A stretch of DNA of 63,130 bases, the filler included, from Sphacelaria rigidula (Eukaryota): the NCBI GenBank assembly GCA_964200075.2. It is 10 parts of 10 records of this genome, joined end to end, with 100 filler letters (N's around TTAATTAATTAA, not from the genome) between each part and the next. Parts side by side here need not be neighbours in the genome. Positions count along the whole stretch, not along the records: positions 56,908 to 63,130 come from CAXNAA020021407.1; 9 more parts are not named here. One strand, written 5' to 3'. Below are positions 61,081-63,130 of this stretch, piece by piece. The notes below the pieces were generated by a model. That model had not been told where the DNA came from, ran no database searches, and saw only the letters and a program-made list of their open reading frames with translations. Every line of letters starts with the position of its first letter. Position 1 is the stretch's first letter. The position numbers and the translations under genes were made by a program.

Positions 61081-61431
61081 CAAAGATAGAGACCCGTATC
61101 CTTGTGAACAAGATGGTTGTCATTCCGATACACAATCACCCTGTGGCACGTTTGTACAAGTGACGCGTTCCACTTCTTCACTTATCTCGTGAAAGCGTGT
61201 TGCGCTTGAAAAGAGTGGGGTTGACTACGCAAGGTAGTCGCCATATTTCCCGTGGTCGACACAACCTGAAATTTTCGAACCCTAACTCCGACCCCACGAG
61301 CTGGGCCAGCCGCCAAACTTACAAACGCAGGGTCATACACGCTCTGCTGCTAGCACAAAGAGTGAAAAATAATTGAATTGCATAACATACGACCTTCATC
61401 CTTGGACAGCGAGCGTCGCCTCGGAACAGAT

Positions 61432-62700
61432 CACACTCTAAACAATACAATATGTTTTCAATATATATTAGTCTATCATACTGCAATTTTGTGACATACT
61501 GCCAGCGTAATATATATATATATATTGGTACCCTTGGACTGCACACGTATTGCGCGCCCAATATATATATACATATGTCGTGGGACTGCATACATATTGC
61601 TCGCCCAATATATATTGGCACTGTGGGGTTGAAGACATATTGTCCCATCAATATATATCGGGGCAACGTGGGCGACAGCATATTGCATGACCAGTATATA
61701 TTAGGACACTTTCTACGATAGCCCCCCCAAAAAAGTGCATGGTTTTGGGAGGCATAATCTTGACGTAAATCGAAATGGGAAACCCGAGCACAACGAGAAG
61801 CTGGGAATTCCNNNNNNNNNNCATCAGGCGCCGTATGGCCATTTTTTTCGTGACACTTTTAGCTGGTTTTGGGGTGGGCTATCGTAGAAAGTGTCTTAGG
61901 GTCGCATTGGTGAGAACATGTTGACTGGTCGATACATGTTGGGTCTACATGGGTGCCAATGTATTGGCCGGTCAATATATATTGGATATTATAAGTGTGG
62001 CGTATACTTTAAGAAAGATCCAGACGCGATGGATGCCGGAGCCCGTGCAGATTGGGACAAGCTTTGAAGGGAGCCGCAGAAGTTCGCGTGCATTACTACA
62101 GAGAGTTTATTCGAATGCGTTCGACATATATAATTATATATATATGCTAGTCAGAAAATATGGTGACAGAAGAGGCGACTCGGTATATGTGCCTCCTGAT
62201 ACCTATCTGGCCACTGTTGCGGGGCCGCCCATCCCCTTCACAGCATGTAATTAATATATCTTGGTTAAACATCACGATGACAAAAAACGCGGGTCGATAT
62301 GCGCCTTTTGGTACCCCTGTGGTCACCGGGGTTGTGTTGCTTATACCCTGAACAATACAATATGTTCCAATATGATACCAATACTTTGTATTGGAGCCAG
62401 CGCAAATATTGTCATTTCAATATATATGGTGTTGAGATGTCTTTGGAGACTTTGAAGCAACAACATATATTGCTCGTGTTATGATCATGAAGTAATGTGC
62501 TTCGTATGACAATATATATCGGACATGTATTTACTCCGAGAACAAATCATTCACTATATATTGTGCATGCCGGCCGTGTATGTATTAAAGTGTCAATATA
62601 TATATTGAGTCGAAGGGATGCGTAGCACATTGTCACCATAATATATATTGAATGCAAACCATGCAAAAGTATTGCTTTTCAATATATACTGCGCACGCTC
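61432..62700. mobile_element. AT-rich transposon remnants with many CAATATATAT motifs, containing a nested TIR element at 61704-61896
   Basis: End-like motif (C/T)A(C/T)AC(T/C)CT(A/G)AACAATACAATATG at 61432 and 62342 resembles the TIR at 16576. Nested TIRs GGACACTTTCTACGATAGCCC / GGGCTATCGTAGAAAGTGTCT. Confidence 0.5.
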
Positions 62701-63130
62701 ATCGCATAGCTCTTGTGCAGCCAGTATAATTTCGAACACGCATGCGGAGGAATATATTAACCCTTTTGGAACCCTCCCCTCCCGTCCTCGGGCCAGAGGC
62801 CTCATTATGAGAAGCCCTGACGAAGAAGAAAATATGGAAACAGAGAAGACCAACTGCAACCATTGTAACTGTGGAAGACCAAAGAAGACTCTAGACGCAC
62901 ATGTCATGGATGTACCGAAAATGAAACCCCGCAGCGGTCGGGTTGGGTTTGTCCAATGATATCACGCGACGGGCGAAGTGTGTCAAATCGTGTGCATGGA
63001 CGAAACTCTCCCAAAACAGTACAAACTCCTCTTCATGTGATTTTTGTCAGTAGAATCTGTGAAATACGTCAATTCGAGTTCGGTGCACGAACCCGTCACA
63101 TTAGTATACTTTAACTTAGAGTGGCGCACT

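Noticed and set aside
62776..62915. Cys-rich ORF (EEENMETEKTNCNHCNCGRP...H) as a host zinc-finger gene
   Set aside because: It more closely resembles a decayed LINE C-terminal knuckle like 60135-60585 and is too degenerate to call.

Overview
Eukaryotic nuclear DNA, most likely a brown alga (Phaeophyceae). The organism is inferred from long TE-filled introns, C/T-rich acceptors, a 72-nt single-LRR exon and retroelement ORF remnants recalled from Ectocarpales; no search was run. The window is not contiguous. It consists of ten unrelated contigs, each exactly 6223 bp, joined by nine identical 100-bp linkers (44 N + TTAATTAATTAA + 44 N), so adjacency across linkers carries no biological meaning. 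Recognisable spliced gene fragments with phase-consistent exons are: a PP2A B''-gamma (PPP2R3C/TON2-FASS-like) gene (contig 2), a GDA1/CD39 apyrase (contig 3), a single LRR exon (contig 6), an MFSD1-like MFS transporter with 5 exons (contig 8) and a syntaxin-5/Sed5-like SNARE (contig 9). Most other sequence is mobile-element derived: a tRNA-derived SINE family (about 8 copies), two or three LINE 3'-end families, a decayed Copia LTR+PBS+gag, and many non-autonomous DNA transposons (hAT-like 8-bp TSD, PIF/Harbinger-like, Tc1/mariner-like, piggyBac-like and a 4-bp-TSD family), several of them nested. The most unusual structures are long inverted duplications in contig 4 (one copies an exon with its splice donor), two contig-start palindromes, and tRNA-like Pol III modules, one carried inside a DNA transposon. 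No CRISPR array or prokaryotic system is supported.
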